A stretch of DNA of 62,656 bases, the filler included, from Squatina squatina (lineage: Eukaryota), in NCBI GenBank assembly GCA_031763465.1. It is 3 parts of 3 records of this genome, joined end to end, with 100 filler letters (N's around TTAATTAATTAA, not from the genome) between each part and the next. Parts side by side here need not be neighbours in the genome. Positions count along the whole stretch, not along the records: positions 1 to 20,881 come from JARFOE010000189.1; positions 20,982 to 35,749 come from JARFOE010000046.1; 1 more part is not named here. The stretch is one strand, 5' to 3'. The translations under genes and the position numbers were made by a program. A model generated the notes under the pieces. The model did no database searches. It was not told where the DNA came from and worked only from the letters and a program-made list of their open reading frames with translations. Shown here piece by piece: positions 10,488 through 21,072 of this stretch (positions are counted from its first letter, which is position 1; every line of letters starts with the position of its first letter).

Positions 10488-11308
10488 GTGACACTTGCCT
10501 TTATTGTTGTCAATAGGAACAAGCTCCCTTTGCTGCCTGAATGGCCAGCATCATTTTCTTTGGCTGGGTGGAAACGCTCTGTGCTCCCCCCTCTCCTCCC
10601 ACCAGCCCGTGTGTTGTGCCGAGCAAGAGCGAATCTGGCTCCACTTCAAATCAGCTCCATCTCGCACATCTGGACCTCATATTCCAAAGGCAATTAGTCA
10701 TTTTCTTGCCGTCCGAGGATTCATTTATCATGTCACTGCAAGGCGCAAACAATTGGAGAAATGAAAGGAAGGAAGGTTTGACATCCAGCTCTATTTAAAT
10801 AAATCACTTTCACATTGTTTTTTCAAACCCCCCCCCAATAAAAAAACTCGGCCTGGAACTTGGTGCATGGGCCCTTGACATTTCGAAACCCAGTTTAGAA
10901 TCTGCCATTTGACATCACTAAGCTTGTCTTGTCTTGCAGATCAGTGGAACGCTCACAAGTTAGTCATAAGGGCTCTTGACTGATCTGTTTAACAACATTT
11001 CACAATCATGGCAGGATCAACAAACACTGAGTGCTTCTATAAGAAACTGCTCTTTCAATACCCTGTTTGTTTCGGCGCATTAGCAAGAGATTTGGGATGG
11101 GTTTTAGTTCCGCCATGTCTCCCACCCACCCCCACCATGAACAAACGCACTTTCCCCGGTGCCTTGTGCCTGGCCAGGAATGACCTCAAGCCCCCCCCCC
11201 CCCCGCCCNNNNNNNNNNNNNNNNNNNNNNNNNNNNNNNNNNNNNNNNNNNNNNNNNNNNNNNNNNNNNNNNNNNNNNNNNNNNNNNNNNNNNNNNNNNN
11301 NNNNNNNN

Positions 11309-11442
11309 CCCCTCCGACAGTGCAGCACTCCCTCAGTACTGCCCCTCCGACAGTGCGGCACTCCTTCAGTACTGCCCCTCTAACAGTGCAGCGCTCCCTC
11401 AGTACTGCCCCTCCGACAGTGCAGCGCTCCCTCCCTGCACTG
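11309..11442 (-). repeat. 33-bp DeuSINE-derived minisatellite
   Basis: Same unit as 7308-7505. Confidence 0.85.
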
Positions 11443-13675
11443 TGACCGTCGGTCTGGATGATGAGCTTGGGTCTGTCCATGCTCTTGGTTTGATGCTCCG
11501 TACGTTCTCACACGTGCCTTGCACGGTCGGAGGACGGGAATATTCGAGAGCTGCACTGAAAATGGCTGCCCGAGCGATGGCAGGAACTGAAGGTTATCGG
11601 AAGTAGGACTGCCTTCGATTCCTTGTTAGCTGCACTGCCAGGAAGAAGGTGACTGTCGCTGACAATATAATTTACATTGGTGTATAAAACCATCCCTGAA
11701 AGCTGGGCTAATTTGTGCCAAATTAGACTATTTGTCTGTGGCCTGTCCAAGGGCCCAATCCATCAGAGGCTGCTCGCGAACGATTGCTTTTCAACCGTGC
11801 CCTTGAGAGGGGAAATTGATTGGGATCTCGGAGAGCAGAAATTACAGCGATAACTTAAGGGAAACAATAATTACTGAATGATACCAGTGTCAGCGTTATG
11901 CGGAGAAAGCATGAAATAGCCATCAATGTCCGATTCAATTCATTCGGCAAACGATTTATTGAGGGAAGGAGAGTGGAGCTCGAGTCAGAGTGGTAGCCCT
12001 CTTGGATTGCCCTGGAGCCTGCAGGAATTAAAGATTAATCTCCCAGACACTGCTGCCAGCAAAAACCCGGAGGAACATTTATCGGGGCATTGTCTTTGAA
12101 CACTTCTGTTCGTTGCGGGGTTAGTCGGCTTTTCAAATGTCCAATCGGTTAACAAGGAGTCCGGTCCCTTTACGGAGCAAGGAGGCGGGGCTCCGCAAGG
12201 ACGGGCGTGTCAGGCGTAGGTTGACCAGACGACTCAGTTTTGCTGGGACAGCCNNNNNNNNNNNNNNNNNNNNNNNNNNNNNNNNNNNNNNNNNNNNNNN
12301 NNNNNNNNNNNNNNNNNNNNNNNNNNNNNNNNNNNNNNNNNNNNNNNNNNNNNCTGCGGCTGTAGATTTTCTGCTGAAGTCTGTACAGTGGGACTCCGAG
12401 GCGAGAGTCCTACGCAATGAGCAAGGGCAACAGTTGAAACAACTATTTCAATTCGCACGGATCTGGAGTCAGTGGTGAAAGTATCAGAGTGCATCAAACA
12501 CTCCGAGGCCTCGGAAGGGAAAAAGCAGGAGAGATGAAGATGAAGTGATTGTGTTTGTTGGAGTAGTGGCACAGTGGAGGAGAGCTTCATCTATCATCAC
12601 TGGCGAGAAGTGACAGGGGAGAGATACACTTTACCAAATAGGGATTTAGCACAGGGCCAGGAAGCTTCACATCAATTTTGTTTGTAGCCGTCGCACGCTC
12701 TATTAAAGCAAGGCAGAATATCGAGAAGGAAAATGAACTATCAGAGAGCAATGTAATGTGGCACATCAATTTAATTAGATTACATTGTACCGACTGCACT
12801 GCTGGTGTCAGTGGGAGAACAGCAATGCTCGCCTTGACACGGGAACAAATGAGGGAGCTCCTCAACTTTTCTTTGACGAGTTACGGTTGAATTTATTCGG
12901 TTTAAGACGGCCCACCACTCTCAGCTCTTGTTTTTGGGGTAAATCCACCTTAACTCTCTTTTTTTGTGCTCCCGTTTGCTCAGCACTCTGAACCCAGTTT
13001 CCAATCTCAGGTTAACCTGCCTGAGGCCGGAATGTGAATTGTATCGAAGGCTGCGGCGGGCGCAAGGCAGTGTGGAAAAAGCACGTTTGTTTGATGGTGA
13101 AATATTGTTTGCTTTTCATGGTGGATCAGGTGACTCGCTTGAGACGGGGCAGTTCACGGGGCTGATACACGGAATGCACACTCACTCCTGGCAGGCACTT
13201 TACTAAGATGTCAGGGTCTTTAACAGGGTGGATTTAATAAGCCAAAATAAATGGGACACTTTGCAAGCCAATTTAAACGTATCAAGTGGTGTTTATTTTC
13301 ACCAGAGCTGGCATATTAACTCATGATAACGTTTAGACAAAATGAGTCAGTCATAAGCCTGTCAGCACATCTCTGGCTCTGAGGAAATAAGACTTCTGGA
13401 AAAAAAAAACTCTTTCTTTCGACTATCCAATTTTCATCATCTTGTTTCCAGATGTCATTTTTCTTTCTGTCAAACCGCGCACTCGTCTCCACTCTCTGAA
13501 CTTCTTTTCCATTTTAAAATCCTCATCCTGGCTTTCAAACCCCTCCATGGCCTCCTTGCCCCCTCCCTATCTCTGNNNNNNNNNNNNNNNNNNNNNNNNN
13601 NNNNNNNNNNNNNNNNNNNNNNNNNNNNNNNNNNNNNNNNNNNNNNNNNNNNNNNNNNNNNNNNNNNNNNNNNNN

Positions 13676-13813
13676 GACAGCGCAGCGCTCTCTCAGTACT
13701 GCCCCTCAGACAGTGCTGCACTCCCTCAGCTCTTCACCGGAGTGTCAGCCGAGGTTTTGTGCTGAAGTCTCTGGAGTGGGTCTTCAACCCACAACCTTCT
13801 GACTCAGAGGCGA
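13676..13813 (-). mobile_element. DeuSINE head plus the edge of a 33-bp array
   Basis: tctctggagtgggtcttcaacccacaaccttctgactcagaggcgag is the reverse complement of the SINE head. Confidence 0.8.
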
Positions 13814-14619
13814 GCAGCTCAGTGCCTGCACCTCCCAAACCAGCGGCCTCCACCATTAGATGGACAAGGCCAGCCGGTGACGTTGGGAGGTGCTGTCGAC
13901 GGAGCTTAAAGTTGAAAGGCTTGTGGTTTAAAGGGAAATTGTATCTCTCTCATGTCCTTTTGATCTGGGGAGCGAGCGGGAAAAGTATAAGTGGACCGAA
14001 AATCCTATATGTATCTTTTATTTCAAAAAAAATCCTTTGTGCTCTGTTTGCAAAGAAAACACAGTGCCATCTGGTTAGCCCTTGTTTATTGCACACCCTA
14101 CCAGTTTGTGCTTATTAATCATACTTACGCGAGTATCTTAATTAGTCCCTGTCTAGGAGCTTTCAGTTCAACTCAACTGCTGGCCTCTCCTTTCTCTTTC
14201 ATCGTGTCATTACTCTTGAGGCCAGCGGGAAGCAAGACTCTTCCAAAGACGGTTGGCTAGATTCAGTCTGCTCAATCATCACATCCACAGCAGCACTCTG
14301 AAAGTTCACTGCTGGCACTGCCGAGGCCCCTTAATTAATGCTTCATAGATCAGAGGCAGACTAATAGGAGATGTCTGTTGTGCTCACTGATACCCCTCTC
14401 TGCTAATCGGCAGCTTTGAACATTGACTGATCTCCGGCAGAAACGACATCTAATAGCGTGCACCCTTTCACTCCATGCCATTGCGGCTTTCTCTGTGTTC
14501 AGCTTCGACCCGTTTATTTTCACCGCCCCACATGGCCCCACCCACGACTGCTACAAGGTCGAATCAGCGCTCTCCGTGACCGCTGTTGATTGCTTTCCGT
14601 GATTGGTTGCCGAAAGGCC

Positions 14620-15020
14620 TGTTGGAAATGAGTGGGGAGCGGGGTGCTTAAAGCTGGTGTTGCTGGTTTGAGGCTGTTTGCTACCATATTTATCAATGGT
14701 CTGGATGTAAGTGTTGGGGGAATGATTTTCCAGTTTGTAGATGATACCAGAATACGTGCAAGAACTCTGACTGTAGATGATGCTCAACTGCTGCAATATG
14801 TGCTGGGGATTGGGCTTGTGTTTGGCAATTTATGTTTAACCTAGAAAAGTGTGGGTGGTATACATATGGTCAGATCAAATGCGAGACAGACATACATCCT
14901 ACAGGGAAAAGAATTAAAGACAGTGGTGAAAGAAAGAGATCTGGATGTTTTAGTGCATCACTCTCGAAAGGTTCATGACCAGTGCCACAAAGCTATAGCT
15001 AAAGCCAACAGGGCTTTAGG
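14620..15020 (+). mobile_element. Decayed CR1 reverse-transcriptase fragment
   Basis: LFATIFINGLD...FQFVDDTRI and ERDLDVLVH..KVHDQC.KAIAKANRALG motifs, with frameshifts. Confidence 0.8.
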
Positions 15021-15064
15021 GGGTAGTCACAGAACAAGTTACTATCAAAGCCTACCATTTTGTC

Positions 15065-15230
15065 ATCAAAAGCAGAACGTGCTGGAAAACACTCAGCAGG
15101 TCAGGTCAGGCAGCATCTGTGGAGAGAGAAACAGAGTTCACGTTTCAGGTCGATGACCTTTCATCAGTACTGGAAAATGTTGGAGGTGAGCAGCTTTTAC
15201 GCAAGTACGGAGCCGGGGAAAAGGGGGCGG
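15065..15230 (-). mobile_element. Penelope-like element terminal repeat with a degenerate minimal hammerhead ribozyme (15135-15171)
   Basis: Minus strand reads agta CTGATGA a aggtc-atc-gacct GAAACGT g aact; a second copy is at 42545-42675. Confidence 0.7.
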
Positions 15231-15231
15231 G

Positions 15232-15314
15232 AGAACATAAGAAATAGGAGCAGGAGTCGACCATTCGGCCCCTCGAGCCTGCTCCACCATTCAACAAGAT
15301 CATGGCTGATCTTC
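15232..15314 (-). mobile_element. CR1-type LINE 3' tail
   Basis: acataagaaataggagcaggagt..ccattcggcccctcgagcctgctcc, same family as 37440-37623. Confidence 0.8.
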
Positions 15315-17649
15315 NNNNNNNNNNNNNNNNNNNNNNNNNNNNNNNNNNNNNNNNNNNNNNNNNNNNNNNNNNNNNNNNNNNNNNNNNNNNNNNNNNNNNN
15401 NNNNNNNNNNNNNNATATCGATCCGTTGAGCCGGTCTGACCTTTGGTCTCAGTTTCACAGAGAAGGCGAAGTGTGGGACTGAAGCAAAGCTTCCTGATGG
15501 TTGGGGCAGTCCGAGGGAGCCATCTCCCTGGCAGTGCCCACGGCCGCTGCTTAGCAATGCACGTCCTGGCTCACCTGTAATTTTTTGGTTGATGGCTCCG
15601 AGTCTCCCATTAGCCAGCTGTCTGAGCTGAATCACTTTCTTTATGACCTGTGAGTTTGTGGCTGTTACGGTGATTTACAAAACAAACTATCAGGAGCTGA
15701 CAGATAATTAGATGCACAGGGACAAATTATATTTCAGTCCAGCGCCCGAGAAACACAGCGAGACTGAATGCACTCCATTTGGAGAATGTTTTGTGGTTCT
15801 CAGCAATACTGATATGAGACAGCCATAAAAGAAATCAAATAGCTTTAATAAATTGCTCTCCCTGTACTACAACTCCACAATATTTCCTTGTAACGATGAC
15901 AGTTCAGCAATTTGGAAAACTATACGTCAACATGACGGATTCTCCTTTCTCTTGCTTCTTCGCCTGATGTGAATGCCACGCGTCCACAGCTCACAGGGCT
16001 GGGATTGCAGCTCCACCGAGCGGCCTGACCTCAACTGGGCCNNNNNNNNNNNNNNNNNNNNNNNNNNNNNNNNNNNNNNNNNNNNNNNNNNNNNNNNNNN
16101 NNNNNNNNNNNNNNNNNNNNNNNNNNNNNNNNNNNNNNNNNATTCTGTTATTAACTGATATCCAGGCCATTGCTCTCAGCCTCCTCTCCTGCTGATTATG
16201 ATGGGGTGGCTCGCAGACTGCTTGAGTTCACAAAGTTCCCCCACCCCATCCTCCTCCCCTCAAAGGCTCATCCTGCTGGGACGCTGGGGTCGCCAACCCT
16301 CCAGGATTGAAGATTAATCTCTAGGTCACTGTGGCGAGTAAAACCCGGGAAGCGGTCGGGTAAATTGTAATGGTATAGAAACCGTGTTACCCGCCATTCA
16401 CACTCTGATCACTTGACGCAGGGGCTGCCTGTTAGACCCCCCACCCCCTCATCCTATCGTGTGCAAAGGTCTTGTGGAAAAGGGGCCAAGAAACTGCTGT
16501 AAAATGACATGGGAAAATATTAATTTTTTTACAGGCAGAGCATTGGTCGCTTCTGTGGTAGGTCCCCAAAGGCCGTGGCCTCACCACATCAAACACACAT
16601 CCTGAAGGCAGCGCTATCGTCCGCTTCTCGCCTGCTCCAGCTTACTAGCACTTCACCATCAATCAACTTTCCAAGGACATCCCTGCCACATCTCCTTCTG
16701 TCCCCTTTCACAGCAATCTAAACGGAGTGGGTACACTCAGCAGCCTCCTGAACCTGGGCGGCAGGCCTGATAGACCCATCACTACTGCCAGCACGACATA
16801 AAATGTCATTATCTTTGCTTAGGACAAGTCAAGATGTCATCGGTAATCAATCTTCAAATCAAAGGTTGTGGAGACATTGAAGTCTTATCTTTCCACGTCC
16901 TGTTTACCAATAGAGAACGGGAAAGGGGCTTAATGCCAATATCTAGGCTGATGATTTCAGGTGATTGATTTCACTGAAGTGCTTCTCACTTCCCACATAA
17001 AGGTGAATGGAGTAGGCATTTATGGATTAGTTGCTGTCAGACAGCCTCATAGAAAAGGAATTACCCAAGTGAATACAAGTACTGAATGACCCTTCAAATA
17101 GAATAATGAATAATACATGCAAAGGAGCATTAAGATCAAACCTCTCCTTCGCAAAGGTTGCCAAATATAAATCTTCTTGAACTCATTTGGGCGCGGACAG
17201 GTCATTTGGTATCGTGGCAGCGGAATTAAATCAAAGCTACATTCCCGGCAAATGAAAGGGCAGAAGTATTTTTGGGGACATTATCATCGTCAAGGTGATT
17301 GTAGCGGACATCAGGGATTCCCACTGCAGGCTAAGGACACAGCTCTCCCACAGCAAGCAATATTTGACACCTGTAACCCGGTAACACTGCACGCTTGCGC
17401 ACTAACCCAGTAATACTGCACTTTAGTTGTACTGCCTCGAGTGATCTGTAGGATCCTGGGAACAGTGCAGATAGACAAGGATTTGTGTGTAATGGTGAAG
17501 GTGAGCAGTACAAAATGCTGGGCAGCGCAGTGCCACCCCACGGTACCATGAAAGTTAAGTAGAAAGAGAATAGGAAGGGAAAATGCTGGAACATTCAGTT
17601 GTGCGGAACCTCCAGCCTCACAGGCTCCAATCTTGCAGGTCCTACGCAT

Positions 17650-17880
17650 ACCATTTTGTCCTTGTACAAGACCTTGGTGAGGCCTCATTTAGAATAATGC
17701 GTTCAGTTTTGGTCTCCACACATGGTGGATGATACTGGGGCTTTAGAAAGGTTGCCGAGGAGGGAGACAAGATTAATTCCCAGCAAAAAACAGCTTAGTT
17801 ACCAAGATAGGCTCAAAGCACTGAGTCTCTAGACTGTAGAGAAACGTAAGGTTTACAAGATGATCGAAGAACTGCATTGT
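17650..17880 (+). mobile_element. Decayed CR1 ORF2 fragment
   Basis: ttgtacaagaccttggtgaggcctcatttagaa...gttcagttttggtctccac encodes LYKTLVRPHLE..VQFWSP. Confidence 0.75.
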
Positions 17881-17899
17881 TTCAACTGGGTAGGTTAGG

Positions 17900-18245
17900 A
17901 AGGACCGGAGTCCTGCTGTGCGTGCTGAGAGGAGGAAGTAGCAGATGTGGACAGGCCAGGGCAGTCTAACTGAGGGCTGCAGCATGTGTTAAGTATGTGC
18001 TTACAAAGGGAAGTGTCCTGTTGTGATTGGAGGTGAGGCTTGGGCATGGGGAGGGGTGGGGAGAGTGGAGGATTGTTGCTGCTATGGCAGGGTTGTACAT
18101 CGAGAGAGAGAGAGATGTGAAGATGAATCTTACCTTGGAAGTCCTGGGAAGGTCATTAAATTTCTTCCTGAAGTGCGGCCAGGTCCGAGGAATTAAGCTG
18201 CTCACAGCTTCCCTCACCCTGCCCAACCTACATTTAGCACCTGTC
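17900..18245 (-). mobile_element. Harbinger/PIF transposon Myb/SANT-like gene remnant
   Basis: Minus-strand peptide VSSLIPRTWPHFRKKFNDL.RTSK followed by a donor-like gtaaga; resembles the RTWxQCRKKFNDL Myb/SANT motif. Confidence 0.6.
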
Positions 18246-18854
18246 NNNNNNNNNNNNNNNNNNNNNNNNNNNNNNNNNNNNNNNNNNNNNNNNNNNNNNN
18301 NNNNNNNNNNNNNNNNNNNNNNNNNNNNNNNNNNNNNNNNNNNNNATCAGACTGAATTTTCAAAGCCATTAGTTTAATTATGACAGGTGTCTGTAGACTG
18401 ATACCCTTGCACTCTCAGTGCTGACTGACAGCACTTCGTTTTCAGGCCCAGAGGGCTGCCAAAGTACTTTGAGAAAATGAGCTTGCATTAAGGTGTAAAC
18501 GTTGTTTTATAGGCAGCAGGAAGAAGTGAGTGCAGAAATGCCCGCAGAGAACTACTCACTAAAGTGGTGAATCCATTGTTTGAATTTGAAAATCATCGCA
18601 CTTGGGGATGCGGTGACGCGCAGGTGATACCGTTCCTCAAAACATCAAACGTTGGAGCAAATGAAATACAAGAAAGAGTCTGGCCGGTGTGTGCTCGTGG
18701 ATAATAAATAATCTGGTCGGTTCTCGCCGTGCTTCAGGGAGTTAGGAGGGGTGAGGCCTCGTGACCACAGAGAATGTCTCGCTGAGGTCTCCTGGGCCAT
18801 CTCGTGAATGGTAGATTGCGCTCGTCAACATGAGCGCTAACAGTGCTGAAATAT

Positions 18855-19225
18855 AACAAGAGCTCACATTTATAGAGCGGCTTTAATATAGTAAAACGTG
18901 CCAGGGTGCTTCACAGGAGTGAAATCAAATAATATTTCACACTGAGCCACACAAGGAGATATTAGGACAGGCGACCAAAAGCTCGGTCACAGAGGTTGGT
19001 TTTAAGGAGCATCTTAAAGGAGGAGAGAGAGGCGGAGAGGTTTAGGGAGGGAATTCCAATACTTGGTCCCAACAACAAACTCCGTCCCCAGTCATTGATC
19101 CCATCCCTCTCCCTGGCCACTGTCTGAGGTTGAACCAGGCGTCTGCAACCTTGGCATCTTATTTGACCCTGAAATGATCTTCACACCATAACTAAGACCG
19201 TCTCTTTCCATCTCCATAACATCGC
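18855..19225. mobile_element. L2 LINE insertion: minus-strand 3' end (18855-19059) fused to a plus-strand ORF2 fragment (19060-19225)
   Basis: 3' end matches 34640-34820 reversed; the plus part encodes decayed IPLPGHCLRLNQ..NLGILFDPE..TKT..FHLHNI. Confidence 0.7.
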
Positions 19226-20881
19226 NNNNNNNNNNNNNNNNNNNNNNNNNNNNNNNNNNNNNNNNNNNNNNNNNNNNNNNNNNNNNNNNNNNNNNNNNNN
19301 NNNNNNNNNNNNNNNNNNNNNNNNNTCACCCTGCAGCCTCATAACACCCTCCTCACAGTTAACAATGCCACTTTAGCACTAAAACCTTTTTGGAATTCAA
19401 TTGACTAACAATTGTCAGCTCCAGTTCTGTAATATTCCTTCTAACAACATTACAAAAGCATTAGGAAAGAAATCTCATTTCGTAATTATCTGTAGGCCAT
19501 ATCCATTAATCAATTTGCAGGCTATGGGAGGGCGGTATGTCGAATCAAAGAGTTTCCTAAATAGTGCTAAGAGAGATTGATGTCCAAAATATAATGAGAT
19601 TGAAAGGGCCTGCTTGTATTTCCTCATCATCGCATTAAACCTGCAGCCAGACATTGCGATAAATATCAGTGTGTTTCAGCACTATAGACAGACAATAGGC
19701 CAACAATGTGCTTCCAGGAATCTGCTCCTAGGTTGTTTATTAATATATAATTTGTTTATTAATATATTGTTTGGACAGGTTCAAAAGCTTTACTAATGTC
19801 AAGCTAATTTAGATCTCACTTTTATTCAATGTAGGAATAAGAATGATTTTCCTCCAGCACTCAGCTACAGCTCTACTATTCATTGAGCTCCTCATAAAAT
19901 ATTAACCAGAGTATCATCTAGTTTTTCATTTATTTGCTTGAGAATATTAAGGTTTATCCCATCTGATCCTGGTGTCCAGTAGACACTTTCCTCTTGAATT
20001 TTCTCACAGCATATGTTTTACTGACCTCAACATATGTTGTAGATTTCTGAGCTGGAATGATTGGATCTGGTATTTGTCCACAGTTTCCTTTAGTGAAGGC
20101 TGATGTGAACAATTTTCTTCAACACCTTTATCAGTTATTGATCTTCTATAATACTTATACTCCACTCATCCTTCAAAGGACCTGTCTGGTGTTTAAGCTT
20201 CTGTCTGCTTCTAATATAGCTAAAATGTGCCCGGATGTTTCTTGCTGTTGTGCTTTACCAGTTTTAATCATTTTACTTGTGCTCTGCTGACTTTTGCGCA
20301 GTTTCCATTCTCCACTACATTTTGCTTCCTCTTATCAGAAAAATCTAACCTGCTGCAGAGTCCAAGAATTTCACAAAGAAGCTGGTGCTGGGGACAGAAT
20401 TGCTGTGCACCATGTTAGCAAAGAATGTTAATATGTCACAGCCCATTGTCTGTTATTCCGTTATTTTAACTAAGGTAGTTTGTAAACAGCCTTTGTTAAA
20501 ATAGTGGACTGAGGATTCTCATGTGAAAGCCTTAGTGTGTTCATTACAAACATCACACAGCATGATTTCAAATCCTACAGGACCCACAGAAACAGACTTG
20601 AAGGAGTATATGTCCTTTACTCACCTGTTAAATAAAATAGCCGTAAAATAATGTAGTTTTATTTTCTAATTCTGCTTCTACTTTAATCCTCATTAGAATT
20701 CATCTCCTAACCATTAAAGTTTTCTTTCCTAGAACATCTATGCTAATTGTGGCCTCAACCTTTATTCAAAAGGCATCCAGTCACTATGCAGTGATCATGT
20801 GGATTCAATAGTTCGCTCACCTTTTTTTCTCATACTATAATTTTGGAGATGTGGGCGTCGCTGGCAAGGCCAATATTTATT

Positions 20882-20981
20882 NNNNNNNNNNNNNNNNNNN
20901 NNNNNNNNNNNNNNNNNNNNNNNNNTTAATTAATTAANNNNNNNNNNNNNNNNNNNNNNNNNNNNNNNNNNNNNNNNNNNN
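20882..20981. other. Artificial assembly linker N44-TTAATTAATTAA-N44 (stop codons in all six frames)
   Basis: 12-mer at 20926-20937, centred in exactly 100 positions. Confidence 0.95.
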
Positions 20982-21060
20982 GATGTGTTTCTCTGTGTAT
21001 TTCTGTATTTGAGATGAGGGTCACTTTTTATTTCTTTATTTGAAATGTGTTTCTCTGTAG

Positions 21061-21072
21061 TGATGAGTCTTT
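21061..21072 (+). other. Candidate 12-nt micro-exon TGATGAGTCTTT of an unidentified gene
   Basis: Pyrimidine-rich acceptor tgtttctctgtag directly before, donor gtaagg directly after; CpG-enriched surroundings grade into T-rich intron-like sequence. Confidence 0.3.

Noticed and set aside
20926-20937. TTAATTAATTAA as a homeodomain site, piggyBac footprint or PacI site
   Set aside because: Centred in Ns with identical geometry twice, so it is synthetic
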